Source: Spirochaetia bacterium
Lineage (GTDB): Bacteria; Spirochaetota; Spirochaetia; UBA9216
Assembly: GCA_963675665.1 (NCBI GenBank)
Contig: OY776510.1
Coordinates: 2,208,001 to 2,272,000, forward strand
Direction of reading: 5' to 3'
Length of the DNA: 64,000 nucleotides
Part shown: positions 38,425 to 48,701 of the stretch, piece after piece
Position numbering within the stretch: the stretch's first letter is position 1
Layout: each line of letters opens with the position of its first letter
The notes under the pieces: model-generated
The model's database searches: none
What the model saw: only the letters and a program-made list of their open reading frames with translations
What the model was told of the DNA's origin: nothing
Position numbers and translations under genes: made by a program

Positions 38425-38472
38425 AACCTGAAACGGCTTAAGCCTCCGCCCACAAAGCTGTTTTGCTGATGT

Positions 38473-40188
38473 TTATGAATTGATGATGTCCTGATAGTTT
38501 TTCAGCAGTGTCGATTCTCCGCTTATAATAAAATTCATATTCATTTCTATTCTTGTAAGCATTTTTGCAATGAATGTTTCAGCGATTTTCAACTTTCGCT
38601 CTGAATGTTTTGCGTCTCTCATAAAGAACAGTCCGATTACTATATCAGTTGCCATTTCGACAAGACGTCTGGAATGGTAAGTTATGATATCCTGGTCTGT
38701 AATCTCCTTGATCTTAATGAGGGTTTTTTCAAAATTGAGCTGGGCCTTTTCTACCTTTGAAAAAAGATCTTTGCAGTGACTGAAATCATTATTTTCTATG
38801 AAATCCTCAATAAAGCGTGATGCTGTTCCCGAGGTAATGCCTCCTATTGCGGCCACAACCTGAAGCTGGGAGGTTCCTTCATATATATTGGTTATTCTTG
38901 CATCGCGGTAGTGGCGTTCGGCATTGAATTCTTTCATATAACCTGTGCCGCCGTGAATCTGGATTCCGTCGTATGTAACCTTATTGGCAGCTTCCGTGTT
39001 GTGAAGTTTGGTCATCGGTGTAAACAGGTTTGCAAGCCTTGTATAAGTCTTCAGATCCGATTTAAGTTCGGATGCCCTTTCCGGATGGGTTTCGGAAATA
39101 TGTTCCAGGCATTCTTTCAGATCGACAAACCTTGATGTTTCGTAAAGCAGCGTTCTGCTTGCTTCAACGGCAATTTTCATCTCGGTAAGCATTTCATAAA
39201 CAGGCGGAAACTCGATAATAGGCTTGCCGAACTGGATTCTTTCCCGGGCATATTTATATGCCTCACGGTATGCTGCTTCCGCAATGCCGGTCGCCTGACC
39301 CGAAACCATAAGGCGCGCGCTGTTCATCAGCCACATTGTGTACTTTGTAAGGCCACGCCGTCTCTGACCGACAAGTTCAGCCGGAGCATTGTTAAACTGC
39401 AGCTCGCAGGTTGGCGAACCGTGGATGCCGAGTTTGTTTTCAACGCGCCTGATGGTCATGTGCTCGTCCCTTTCATAAAGGAAAAAGGAAAGCCCGCCGG
39501 CGCCCTTTGACCCTTCTTCGGAACGGGCAAGAACCAGCCCGATTTTTCCGTTTCCGTTGGTAATAAAGCGTTTTACACCGTTAAGATACCATCTTCCGTC
39601 ATCGGCCTGATGTGCGCGAAGCGTAACCGCCTGTAAATCGGAACCTGCATCCGGCTCGGTCAAAATCATCGAAGAAGTTTCTTTACCGCTTGCAAGTATG
39701 GGAATTATTCTTTCCTTCTGTTTTTCGGAACCGAATTTATTGATTGTTTCGCTTATATCCTGCTGCAGTCCGAAGTTCAGAAATGAACCGTCCGCCCGGC
39801 TCATTATTTCGCCGGCAATGGACATAACCGTTACGGGACAGTTCAGGCCTCCGTATTTCCGGGGGTTTGCAAGTCCCATCAAGTCAGCCTTTGCAAGCAT
39901 ATCAAGGGCCATCTGCGTGCCTTCAGCGTAAACGACTTCTCCGTTTACAAGTTTTACACCTTCTTCGTCTACTTCTGCTGCAACGGGAGCCATATATTCT
40001 CCGGCAATCTCTCCGATAAGCGAAAGAATTTTTTCATATGAATCCATACAGTCCGCTACGTCTTTCGGAGCGTGAGGGAAAATGTCTTTTTCCGCGAAAT
40101 TGTCCTCTTTCAGCTTGATGATCTGTTCAAGATCAATATGTTTGAGGTGAAACAGTATATCTTCATTATCTTTCAAAAAGTTTTCCAT
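38473..40188 (-). CDS. Acyl-CoA dehydrogenase, long form with a C-terminal extension
   Basis: LTEPDAGSD, LNGVKRFITNG, KLGIHGSPT, QIHGGTGY and IYEGT. Confidence 0.92.
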   Translation of the reverse strand: MENFLKDNEDILFHLKHIDLEQIIKLKEDNFAEKDIFPHAPKDVADCMDSYEKILSLIGEIAGEYMAPVAAEVDEEGVKLVNGEVVYAEGTQMALDMLAKADLMGLANPRKYGGLNCPVTVMSIAGEIMSRADGSFLNFGLQQDISETINKFGSEKQKERIIPILASGKETSSMILTEPDAGSDLQAVTLRAHQADDGRWYLNGVKRFITNGNGKIGLVLARSEEGSKGAGGLSFFLYERDEHMTIRRVENKLGIHGSPTCELQFNNAPAELVGQRRRGLTKYTMWLMNSARLMVSGQATGIAEAAYREAYKYARERIQFGKPIIEFPPVYEMLTEMKIAVEASRTLLYETSRFVDLKECLEHISETHPERASELKSDLKTYTRLANLFTPMTKLHNTEAANKVTYDGIQIHGGTGYMKEFNAERHYRDARITNIYEGTSQLQVVAAIGGITSGTASRFIEDFIENNDFSHCKDLFSKVEKAQLNFEKTLIKIKEITDQDIITYHSRRLVEMATDIVIGLFFMRDAKHSERKLKIAETFIAKMLTRIEMNMNFIISGESTLLKNYQDIINS

Positions 40189-40210
40189 AAGTTATCCCCT
40201 TGTACCTAAG

Positions 40211-41224
40211 CTATGCTTTAGCCTTGTATGCCTTGATGAACTGCGGAATAACCTCTTTAAGATCGCCTACGATTCCGTAGTGGGCAATCTGGAAGATGGG
40301 CGCTTCCGGATCAGTATTGATGGCAATTATCTTTGATGATTCCGACATACCTGCTCTGTGCTGAATAGAACCTGAAATACCGCATGCGATATAAAGTCTC
40401 GGTCTGACGGTTGTTCCGGTCTGGCCTACCTGGTGTTCTTTGCTTACCAGCCCTGCATCGACTGCCGCGCGTGAAGCGCCGACCTCACCGCCGAGAACGT
40501 GCGCAAGATTCTCAATAAGCTTGAAGTTCTCCCTTGTTTCAACGCCTATCCCGCCTGATACGATAATCTGGGCGCCTTTAAGATTTACCGATTTTTCTTC
40601 ACGAACGCGCTTGATTATCTCGGTCAGGAAATCTCCGGCATCAAGTTTAATTTCCAGCTTTGTGATTTTACCCTTGAAACCGGTATCCGGCTCAGTCATC
40701 TTCATAACGCCTTCGCGGACTGTTGCCATCTGCGGAGTTTTCTCGGGTGAAACGATTGTAGCGATTATATTTCCGCCGAAAGCCGGACGAATCTGGTAAA
40801 GAATATTCGTGTACTCTTTGTCACGGATTTTATGATCGCCAATCTGGAGATCGGTACAGTCTGCTGTAAGCCCGACCTTCAGGTTGGATGCTATACGGGG
40901 GCCGAGATCCCGGCCGGTGGTGGTTGCTCCGTACAATACTATCTGAGGTTTTTCGGTTTCGATAACCTGTTTTACCACTTTTGTGTAAGGAACGGGGGTA
41001 TAATGTGCAAGCCGCTTGTCTTCTACAAGAAAAAGCTCGTCGACTCCGTATGTTATTACTCTTTTTGCTTCCGCTTCCAGCTTGTCGCCGGCAAGTACGG
41101 CTGAAACCTTTACGCCGAGCTGATCGGCCAGGTCGCGGGCCTTGCATACAAGTTCAAGGCTTACATCGGCTACAATGCCGTCGTCCTGCTGGATAAAGAC
41201 CATTACTGTATTTTTATTGCTCAA
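40211..41224 (-). CDS. etfA: Electron transfer flavoprotein alpha subunit
   Basis: GLTADCT, RPAFGGN, QVGQTG, GISGSIQH.AGM and AINTD; TTG start. Confidence 0.93.
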   Translation of the reverse strand: MSNKNTVMVFIQQDDGIVADVSLELVCKARDLADQLGVKVSAVLAGDKLEAEAKRVITYGVDELFLVEDKRLAHYTPVPYTKVVKQVIETEKPQIVLYGATTTGRDLGPRIASNLKVGLTADCTDLQIGDHKIRDKEYTNILYQIRPAFGGNIIATIVSPEKTPQMATVREGVMKMTEPDTGFKGKITKLEIKLDAGDFLTEIIKRVREEKSVNLKGAQIIVSGGIGVETRENFKLIENLAHVLGGEVGASRAAVDAGLVSKEHQVGQTGTTVRPRLYIACGISGSIQHRAGMSESSKIIAINTDPEAPIFQIAHYGIVGDLKEVIPQFIKAYKAKA

Positions 41225-41234
41225 TTGTCTCTCC

Positions 41235-42110
41235 TTATCCTATTGTGTGATCGGCGATTAAATCATGGACCATACCGGCAATACCGCCGGTTGTGTTATC
41301 AACCATCACTATCTCGCCTGCAGTAAGAACAACCGACTCGATTTTTTTAACCTTTGTCGGCGAGCCTGACAGGCCGCAGCTTTCAACATCCGCGTTGATT
41401 GCTTCAATATCCCATTGTGCAAGGTTTGTATTTGCGCCTGCATCGCCGTCCATATAGCTTTCATCAAATGCTTCTGTAGAAACTTCGGTTGAAGCGTTCT
41501 TATATGCCAGCATTCGTATCGCGGAAGGAGGCCTTGGTACGAACCCTTCGTCAGTGAAGGTCATCAGAACCGGAAACCCTGCTTTTACAATCTCATAACC
41601 GCCTTCGATTGAACGGGTTGCTTCAATTGATTTTTTATTTTCATCAATCTTATTAATCCCGGAAACGCAGGTGATCTGGTTGATTCCGAGTTTTTCTGCA
41701 GTCTGGGGACCGACCTGGGCCGTGTCACCGTCTATCGCCTGCCGTCCGCAGAAAACCATATCGACATTGCCGATTTTTTCAATAGCACATTTTAATGCGT
41801 ATGATGTTGCAAGGGTATCGGCCGCTGCAAACCTTCTGTCCGAAATAAGGGCAACAAAGTCCGCTCCCCTGTATAGAGATTCCTTTAATACCTGAACTGC
41901 CGGCGGCGGTCCCATTGTCAATACATTTACCCTTGCATCCGGGTACATGTCCTTAACTGTAAGGGCTGCTTCAAGCGCATGCAGATCCTCAGGGTTGAAA
42001 ATAGCTGGAAGAGCCTGTCTGTTTACAGTTCCATCCTCTTTCATTGCTTCGCCGGTAATATTTGCTGTATCCGGCACCTGTTTCACAAGAACGACGAGAT
42101 TTAAACCCAT
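41235..42110 (-). CDS. etfB: Electron transfer flavoprotein beta subunit
   Basis: VKQVPD, NPEDLHALE, MGPP, ADTLATS and GRQAIDGDTAQVGP. Confidence 0.93.
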   Translation of the reverse strand: MGLNLVVLVKQVPDTANITGEAMKEDGTVNRQALPAIFNPEDLHALEAALTVKDMYPDARVNVLTMGPPPAVQVLKESLYRGADFVALISDRRFAAADTLATSYALKCAIEKIGNVDMVFCGRQAIDGDTAQVGPQTAEKLGINQITCVSGINKIDENKKSIEATRSIEGGYEIVKAGFPVLMTFTDEGFVPRPPSAIRMLAYKNASTEVSTEAFDESYMDGDAGANTNLAQWDIEAINADVESCGLSGSPTKVKKIESVVLTAGEIVMVDNTTGGIAGMVHDLIADHTIG

Positions 42111-42190
42111 CCTTTCCTCCTGTTATCAAAACTTGGTAACCAACCCCGTAATATCAAGTTGGTTAGGTGTTTATCAAAATATTATTTATA

Positions 42191-42219
42191 ATAATATGAA
42201 TAAAACGCCGGAAATTCAA
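42191..42219 (-). promoter_or_regulatory. Sigma70-like promoter for etfB-etfA-acd
   Basis: Minus-strand TTGAAT, 17 nt, TATTAT. Downstream palindromes TTGGTAACCAA (42133-42143) and TAACCAAC...GTTGGTTA may be operators. Confidence 0.45.
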
Positions 42220-42398
42220 GACTAATTTCGGTCGTTGGCCGATAAAATTTGCCTGTAATATGCATATTAAGTCTTTTATATTAAAATAAAAATATCCTTT
42301 ATTTTTTGTATTTGAGATACTATAATTTTCTCTTAAGAAATAAAAAAATAATTTTAAAGTGGTTCATAAAAAAGAAAACACTATTTCGGGGAGTTGTG

Positions 42399-43493
42399 AT
42401 GGACAAAGAGACCGCTTTAAAAATTAAGAAAGATCTATCCAGAAGAAAAAACAGACAGCTTAATCAATATGTCGCGGATATCACGGGAATGCTTGGGAAT
42501 TTAAAATCCGTTTCGGAAGATGTTTCCACTGAACTGGACATGAACAACAATATTCTGGAGCGCAACTTTGACGGGCTGATTAAAACACTCGTTAATTTTG
42601 ACGAATCGATAATATCAATAAGACAGAGCATTCTTAAAGAGAATGACGCAGTGGATAATGTAGCGGCATCTTCAGAGGAGATGGCCAGAACAGCTGATTC
42701 AATTTCTGAGAATATTACTTCGCAATCGGCTTCTCTTATTGAGTTTTCTTCGGTCCTGGAAGAGATGACCGCATCAATTAATAATGTTGCTACATCCACT
42801 TCAGAAGCTACAAATCTTGTAACTGAAGTATCAAAGACCGCAAAAGAAGGCAACCGGTTTGTTGAAGAAAACCTGAAAGCAATAGAAGACATCAAGACTT
42901 CTTCCGAGCAGATAACCAGTATAACTTCGGTAATTCAGCAGATATCAAGCCAGTCGAATCTTCTTGCAATGAACGCATCCATAGAAGCCGCCCATGCCGG
43001 GGAGCATGGACGGGGTTTTGCCGTCGTGGCGGAAGAAATGCGTAAAATGGCGGAAAGCAGCAGCACTGAAGCGGATAAAATCTCCAGGATAGTAAAAGAA
43101 GTAATGGATAAAATCGATCAGGCTGTCAGCGTAACCAGGCGTGTTACGGAAAATAACAATACCATTTCCAACGGAATCGGAAGAATCCTGGACATAACAA
43201 GCCAGATTATGGATGCAATGCAGGAACAGTCTGCAGGTACTGAACAGGTATTGAAGGAAGTTAAGTCGTTAACCGACGGAACAGCAGAAATAAAATCCGC
43301 AACCGGGGAACAAACAGGGGCGAACAGAACACTTTTAAATTCAATTACGGAATTGAGACAGGCAGCTGAAGATGTAAACAGAATTCTTGCTATTGAAGAA
43401 ATAACCCGTAACGAGATTGTTGATATCATTAATAAATCAGGAAGATCGTTTATCCGCAATACTGATATAAGCAGAAAACTGAACGGAGGTTGA
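42399..43493 (+). CDS. Soluble methyl-accepting chemotaxis protein with no sensor or TM domain
   Basis: [34 protein letters not shown] hairpin signature; no hydrophobic segment. The GGGGAG SD favours ATG 42399. Confidence 0.88.
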   Translation: MDKETALKIKKDLSRRKNRQLNQYVADITGMLGNLKSVSEDVSTELDMNNNILERNFDGLIKTLVNFDESIISIRQSILKENDAVDNVAASSEEMARTADSISENITSQSASLIEFSSVLEEMTASINNVATSTSEATNLVTEVSKTAKEGNRFVEENLKAIEDIKTSSEQITSITSVIQQISSQSNLLAMNASIEAAHAGEHGRGFAVVAEEMRKMAESSSTEADKISRIVKEVMDKIDQAVSVTRRVTENNNTISNGIGRILDITSQIMDAMQEQSAGTEQVLKEVKSLTDGTAEIKSATGEQTGANRTLLNSITELRQAAEDVNRILAIEEITRNEIVDIINKSGRSFIRNTDISRKLNGG

Positions 43494-43499
43494 TAGAAA

Positions 43500-44030
43500 A
43501 TGGATATAGATTTTGTTCAGCGTTTTGATACAAGAAGGAATTTCCAGTACGTTAATGATGAACCGTCGGTTATGCATTGTCATCATTATGCAACATTATT
43601 CACAAAACTTGCCATGGATAACAAGGCCCTGAACGGACCGCAGCTTCTGTCTGATTCAATGGAAGACAGTATTTTTCTTGTTTTGAAAAAATATTATCTG
43701 AGGCATGAAATTTCATCAGTAAATATGAAAATTGAGGTTGCAGAAGAATATTTTTCCAAAATAGGAATGGGAAAAGTTTCAATCAGGTTCTCAGAGAGCG
43801 GAGGGAGTGCAAGAATGACCAGGTCCCATATTGACGAAGGCTGGCTGAAAAAATGGGGAAAGAATTCCGAACCTGTGAACTACATTAGCTGCGGCTATCT
43901 CAACGCTGTTTTTTCGCTGGCTTCAGCTTTACCTCTCAGATCTTTTCGGGCGGTTGAGAAAGAATCGATTGTTACGGGAAGCTCCCATTCAAATTTTTCA
44001 ATAACTCCCGCAGGAGGTAAGCTATCATGA
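43500..44030 (+). CDS. V4R-fold (4-vinyl reductase-like) protein with an HCHHY motif
   Basis: HCHHY, F..IGMG, PVNYISCGYLNAVF and a VEKESIVTG.S.S.F V4R-like tail. Confidence 0.65.
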   Translation: MDIDFVQRFDTRRNFQYVNDEPSVMHCHHYATLFTKLAMDNKALNGPQLLSDSMEDSIFLVLKKYYLRHEISSVNMKIEVAEEYFSKIGMGKVSIRFSESGGSARMTRSHIDEGWLKKWGKNSEPVNYISCGYLNAVFSLASALPLRSFRAVEKESIVTGSSHSNFSITPAGGKLS

Positions 44031-44620
44031 TAGACAGAGATACTGCAATTGATGCCTTGTCGAAAATTAAAGTCAAAGGCAACAGCGACGGTCTGATACC
44101 GTCCTTTAATGTTCTGGTTAATTTTCTTCCCAGTTATTTCTGGAATACCTTTTCCGAGAAAATTCTTAAACAAACCGGAGACGATCCCGGGTTATATGCA
44201 AAAATAGAAGAGGGTCTTGAACTTGCCGCTGCGGAATGCGGATATCATACTGGGTACGGAATAATTACAAGCGAGGAATTCCGGTCGATAATCGGGCCAA
44301 TGATAGAAAAAGAACCTGATGATGTTCTTCACGGCGCATACGCTGTTTTTACAGCATGGGGCTGGGCCGATGCCGAGATTACCGAGTTGTCTCCGGCGCG
44401 AATGACTATAAAGGTAAATGACTATTATGAATCCGATATTATCGATACATTTAAGGTCACGAAGCCGTTTGCATATATGATTAAAGGCGTTTCCAGGGCT
44501 TTTATGGATCTGGGATATGGGAAACCGTATCCGGACGGGCTCGGGATGCATGTCTGCAGGCAGACAAAAGCAATAGAACTCGGCGACAGTTACGGAGAGT
44601 TTGTTGTTACAAAAGCATGA
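44027..44620 (+). CDS. Second V4R-like protein
   Basis: ECGYHTGYGI, AWGWA, PFAYMIKGVSRAFMDL and CRQTKAIELGDSYGEF. Confidence 0.55.
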   Translation: MIDRDTAIDALSKIKVKGNSDGLIPSFNVLVNFLPSYFWNTFSEKILKQTGDDPGLYAKIEEGLELAAAECGYHTGYGIITSEEFRSIIGPMIEKEPDDVLHGAYAVFTAWGWADAEITELSPARMTIKVNDYYESDIIDTFKVTKPFAYMIKGVSRAFMDLGYGKPYPDGLGMHVCRQTKAIELGDSYGEFVVTKA

Positions 44621-45762
44621 TATATTTCAATAACGCTGCTACGTCTTTTCCCAAACCTGGTGAAGTCATCGAACGTGTTAACAGGGTTCTCAGGGAAACT
44701 CCGGCAGAGCAGTCAAGGGGCGCCGGTGCTGCCGGGAGTGCATCTCCTGATTCCTGCAGAAAAACGGCTGCATCCTTTTTTAATCTGAAAGACAGCAGGC
44801 AAATTATTTTTACATCGGGGGCGACCGAGTCGCTGAATACGCTGATTTTCGGGATGACTGAACCCGGCTGCAGGGTTGTTACAACTGTTACTGAGCATAA
44901 TTCAGTATTAAGACCTCTTTTTCAGCTTGAAGATCGGGGGGATATTGATCTCTGCCTGGTCGGATGTGACAGGCAGGGTTATATAGATCTTGATTCATTG
45001 GCAAACGAGCTTAAAATTGCAACCGATCTGGTTGTTATCAATCATGCTTCGAATGTTACCGGGGCAATTCAGGATATTGAAAAAATAATTGATATCTGCA
45101 ACCGATCAAAGACACCGATAATACTTGATGCTTCTCAGTCGGCCGGGCATATACCGGTATCGGATTTCGGCTACAATAAAATTGCTGTTGCGTTCACCGG
45201 CCATAAAGGTTTATTCGGTATTCAGGGCAGCGGAGGATTCTATATTTCACCCGGAATAAAATGCCGTCCGTTCAAGCTCGGAGGCACCGGAAGCCGAAGC
45301 GAATCAAGGCAGCAGCCTTCCGAATTCCCGGTATATTTTGAGGCCGGAACCAGAGGCCTGCCGGGTATCTGTTCGATGGATGCCGGAATGAAATGGATTA
45401 CAGATCAGAATCTTTCCAAAATAGAATCAAGCGAAGCCCGGCTAAGGAATCTGCTGATTGATGGGATTTCCGGACATAAAAAGGTAAAATTATTTGCTGC
45501 GGATCGGATGTCAAAATCCACCGGATTACTTTCATTCGCTATTGACGGTTTTTCACCGGATGACATCTCCTATGTTCTCGAGAGATCTTTCGGAATAATT
45601 ACACGTCCCGGTCTCCACTGCGCGCCGCTTATGCATAAAGCGATAGGGACTTACCCTGAAGGAACAGTAAGAATAAGTTTCTCTGTTTTTAACAGTAAAG
45701 ACGAAGTTCTGCAGCTTATTAATGCAGTTGAATCAATAGCCGAAACTGTGGCGGCAGTATGA
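44617..45762 (+). CDS. Cysteine desulfurase-family class V PLP enzyme
   Basis: YFNNAATSFPKP, TEHNSV, HASNVTG, DASQSAG, FTGHKG (PLP Lys) and RPGLHCAP (catalytic Cys). Confidence 0.9.
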   Translation: MIYFNNAATSFPKPGEVIERVNRVLRETPAEQSRGAGAAGSASPDSCRKTAASFFNLKDSRQIIFTSGATESLNTLIFGMTEPGCRVVTTVTEHNSVLRPLFQLEDRGDIDLCLVGCDRQGYIDLDSLANELKIATDLVVINHASNVTGAIQDIEKIIDICNRSKTPIILDASQSAGHIPVSDFGYNKIAVAFTGHKGLFGIQGSGGFYISPGIKCRPFKLGGTGSRSESRQQPSEFPVYFEAGTRGLPGICSMDAGMKWITDQNLSKIESSEARLRNLLIDGISGHKKVKLFAADRMSKSTGLLSFAIDGFSPDDISYVLERSFGIITRPGLHCAPLMHKAIGTYPEGTVRISFSVFNSKDEVLQLINAVESIAETVAAV

Positions 45763-46043
45763 AGATAAACGGATCAAGGATGCTTGAAGACTGCCTGGAC
45801 GGTTCGTTTATCTTTGAGCTTAGCTATTCTGAACCTGTGACAGAAGAGGCGATCCTTATCCTGAACACTCTGGGTGAGCTTGAATATTTTTCAAGCTTCC
45901 CCAAACCTTTTTACCGTCTTGTACAGAATGATAACTTCCAGTTAAAGGGTGTTGAAGGCGAAACAACATCCCGGCTTTTTCTTTTTAAGGGATCGCTTAA
46001 GCACCTGATTGATGAACTGAATACGGTTTTTAAATTATTATAA
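45759..46043 (+). CDS. Small hypothetical protein (EDCLDGS motif)
   Basis: 94 aa; ATGA overlap with the desulfurase stop; a single Cys. Confidence 0.65.
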   Translation: MKINGSRMLEDCLDGSFIFELSYSEPVTEEAILILNTLGELEYFSSFPKPFYRLVQNDNFQLKGVEGETTSRLFLFKGSLKHLIDELNTVFKLL

Positions 46044-46145
46044 CCATATCGGGCAGTTTTTAGGGAATGCCTGTTTTTAACGCTCCGGCCGCGACAGATA
46101 AAATAATAAGCTTGTTGAGGTACAATTGCTGAATTATAATGAGGC

Positions 46146-47915
46146 ATGTTTTCTTCAATCCAGAGCAGAAATACTTTATCCATTATTGCAGCTGTTGTCC
46201 TGTTTCTGGCTGTTCTTCTGCTGGTTAACTACCTGCTGTTAAGGGATTTCTCACTTGAACACGCGGAGCGGACCTCGACGCTGATACTCGACAGCGCCGA
46301 TTCCCAGCTTGATATAATTTTCAATGAGATAGAAGCGCTGGTATTATCGATGACGACTGTAAGGGCGGTCTATGAGGTTTATATTGATGATATGTCGGAG
46401 CTGTTTATCAACAATGTGCTGGTCAGGCAGCAGAATGTGCGGGCTATCTATCTCGGAACCGAGGACGGCCGGATGTTCGAATGGGGCGTCGGGGAAGGTT
46501 TTACTGATTATACTCCGAAGTTCCCTGAAGGATATGATCCCCGGGTAAGACCCTGGTACCGTCAGGCTGTTGAATCCGACAGTTACGGGTTGACGAGTCC
46601 GTACATATTCGCGAGCATTGAAGCCATAGGCATAACCGCCGTAGCCCCGGTCTATAATAAGGAAGTGCTTGTCGGCGTGCTTGGGCTGGATCTGATCATG
46701 CATGGCCTGGATAATGTCGTCGATTCGCTTGATGTTCCGATGGACGGAAAGGTGATGCTGTTGAACAGCGATATGGCCATTCTTGTAAACCAGTTTTTCC
46801 CTACAACCGAAGCTGTTACCGAGCTGGAGACTTTCCGGCACCCTGAGCTGATACAAACTGATGAAAGCTTTATCATTGCGGATGTTTACGGCGCACAATA
46901 TATGATCAGCACCGTTGAAAACCTTGAAACCGGCTGGATTATGCTGCTGTTTCTGCCGTACAAAAGGATTATGAATTTTTCACAGCAGATAATCATGATA
47001 ATTATATTATTTGATATTCTGCTCACCTTTCTCCTGGGATCACTTATAGCCTTTATCACGCGCAACCTTGTTACGAATCCGCTCGACAGAATTATATCGA
47101 TTTTCAGACGCTTCGAAAGCGGAGATATATCAGCCCGGATTCCGGACCTTCCCGGGCGAGAGTTTGGTCTTATTTCGAGGCTGTTTAACAGGCTTTCAGA
47201 TCAGTCCGCTGAATTTACCCGGACAATGGAAGGTAAGGTCGAGCAGAGGACTCAGGCGGTAATACGCCTTCAGAAGGAGAATGTAAGGCTTAGAATTATA
47301 GAAGAGAAAGAGCGGATATACGGAAACCTGCATGATTCTCTCGGCGCAAGGCTTACGAGCATCAATATCAGTAATCATGTTGCCAGGAGTGCGCTTGAAC
47401 GCAATGAAAAAATCGTGCTTTCAGAGATGCTTGATCGTATTGAAAAGAATACCGGGCAGGGAATTCAGGACTTAAAGGAAATTCTGAAAGCAGGGGAGGG
47501 CGATGCGGCAGGCCCTGTTGAGCTTCTGGATTATATCGGGAGGACGGTGCGTGAAAGGCTGGCGCTTAAAGATATAAAGCTCGAAACCAGGCTGCCTTCG
47601 GTTGAAGATGCTGCAATATTTGAGCCGGATTTTATCGTTAACTGCGAAAAGATTATTCAGGAGCTGGTTTCCAACACAATGAAGCATTCCGGCGCCGCCC
47701 TTGTGCGGATCGAACTTGATCTGGAGTCGAATAAAATCAAACTTAACTATATGGATAACGGAAACGGATTTGTTTTAAAAGATGCTCTCAGGAACGGGTT
47801 CGGACTTCAGGGGCTTTACAGCAGGGCTGAAAGAATGGACGGCATATTAAAGATTTCTTCACGGCCGGGCAGGGTTTCGACTTTTAATTTTCAATTCAGG
47901 GCCGGTGAAGAATGA
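46146..47915 (+). CDS. dCache-HAMP sensor histidine kinase (HisKA_3)
   Basis: TM, YDPRVRPWY...PY...GLD dCache motif, TM, HAMP, ERIYGNLHDSLG, QELVSNTMKHS and DNGNGF. Confidence 0.9.
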   Translation: MFSSIQSRNTLSIIAAVVLFLAVLLLVNYLLLRDFSLEHAERTSTLILDSADSQLDIIFNEIEALVLSMTTVRAVYEVYIDDMSELFINNVLVRQQNVRAIYLGTEDGRMFEWGVGEGFTDYTPKFPEGYDPRVRPWYRQAVESDSYGLTSPYIFASIEAIGITAVAPVYNKEVLVGVLGLDLIMHGLDNVVDSLDVPMDGKVMLLNSDMAILVNQFFPTTEAVTELETFRHPELIQTDESFIIADVYGAQYMISTVENLETGWIMLLFLPYKRIMNFSQQIIMIIILFDILLTFLLGSLIAFITRNLVTNPLDRIISIFRRFESGDISARIPDLPGREFGLISRLFNRLSDQSAEFTRTMEGKVEQRTQAVIRLQKENVRLRIIEEKERIYGNLHDSLGARLTSINISNHVARSALERNEKIVLSEMLDRIEKNTGQGIQDLKEILKAGEGDAAGPVELLDYIGRTVRERLALKDIKLETRLPSVEDAAIFEPDFIVNCEKIIQELVSNTMKHSGAALVRIELDLESNKIKLNYMDNGNGFVLKDALRNGFGLQGLYSRAERMDGILKISSRPGRVSTFNFQFRAGEE

Positions 47916-48562
47916 TAAATCTGGTTATAGTGGAAGATTCCAAGGATACACGTGAAGGCCTCAAGTATCTGCTGCGGCTCGAGGAAGGCATAAGGGTGCT
48001 TAAAGCCTGCGAGAGTGCTGAAGAGCTGCTGATCGATTCTGATGTGCTTGGCAGCGTGGATATTGTATTGATGGATATCGAACTGCCCGGGATGAACGGA
48101 ATCAAGGCCACCAGAAAGATAAAAGAATTAAGGCCGGAGGTTGATGTCCTGATTCTGACGATTTTTGAAGAGCAGGAAAAAATTATCAAGGCTATTCAGG
48201 CCGGAGCTTCCGGCTATATCCTCAAGAACGCTGCGCCCGGAGAACTAGTCGGACAGATTAAAAGCGTTGTAAAAGGCGGCTCTCCAATAAGTCCCGGGGT
48301 AGCGCGTACGCTTCTTGAAGAATTCAGACAGAAAGAGAAAAGAAATAAAAGCACCGAAGATTACGATCTGACTCCCCGTGAGATTGAGGTTTTCAAGGCG
48401 ATAGTTGAAGGTTATACATACAAGGAAATGGCGGACGAGCTCAATATAGCTTCTTCGACAGCCAAAAAGCACATCCTTCATATCTATCGAAAGCTTAACG
48501 TTACTTCAAAGGTTGAGTTTATCAAGAAGGTTATTGATGAAAATATTCTCGAAGACCTGTAA
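47912..48562 (+). CDS. NarL/LuxR-family response regulator
   Basis: VED, LMDIELPGMNG, GASGYILK and the LTPREIEV...HIYRKL HTH. Confidence 0.93.
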   Translation: MINLVIVEDSKDTREGLKYLLRLEEGIRVLKACESAEELLIDSDVLGSVDIVLMDIELPGMNGIKATRKIKELRPEVDVLILTIFEEQEKIIKAIQAGASGYILKNAAPGELVGQIKSVVKGGSPISPGVARTLLEEFRQKEKRNKSTEDYDLTPREIEVFKAIVEGYTYKEMADELNIASSTAKKHILHIYRKLNVTSKVEFIKKVIDENILEDL

Positions 48563-48564
48563 TA

Positions 48565-48580
48565 TACGCCAAATGGTGTA
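48565..48580. promoter_or_regulatory. 7-2-7 inverted repeat, candidate binding site of the adjacent response regulator
   Basis: TACGCCA-AA-TGGTGTA; ATATACGCC recurs 70 bp downstream (48632-48640). Confidence 0.45.
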
Positions 48581-48701
48581 GAAACCGTAAAAGCAGACTG
48601 AAAAAATATAAATATTCACCTCCTATGGTCCATATACGCCGGCATAATTCCGTGGTGTTATTAATACAATACAAATTCGGACTGATTTATTTGGAGGAAA
48701 A

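Noticed and set aside
42238-42245. Sigma28 -10 element GCCGATAA (also 62102-62109)
   Set aside because: There is no TAAA at the canonical 15-nt spacing. The nearby TCAA is explained by the opposite-strand etfB -35. Kept only as a weak hint.
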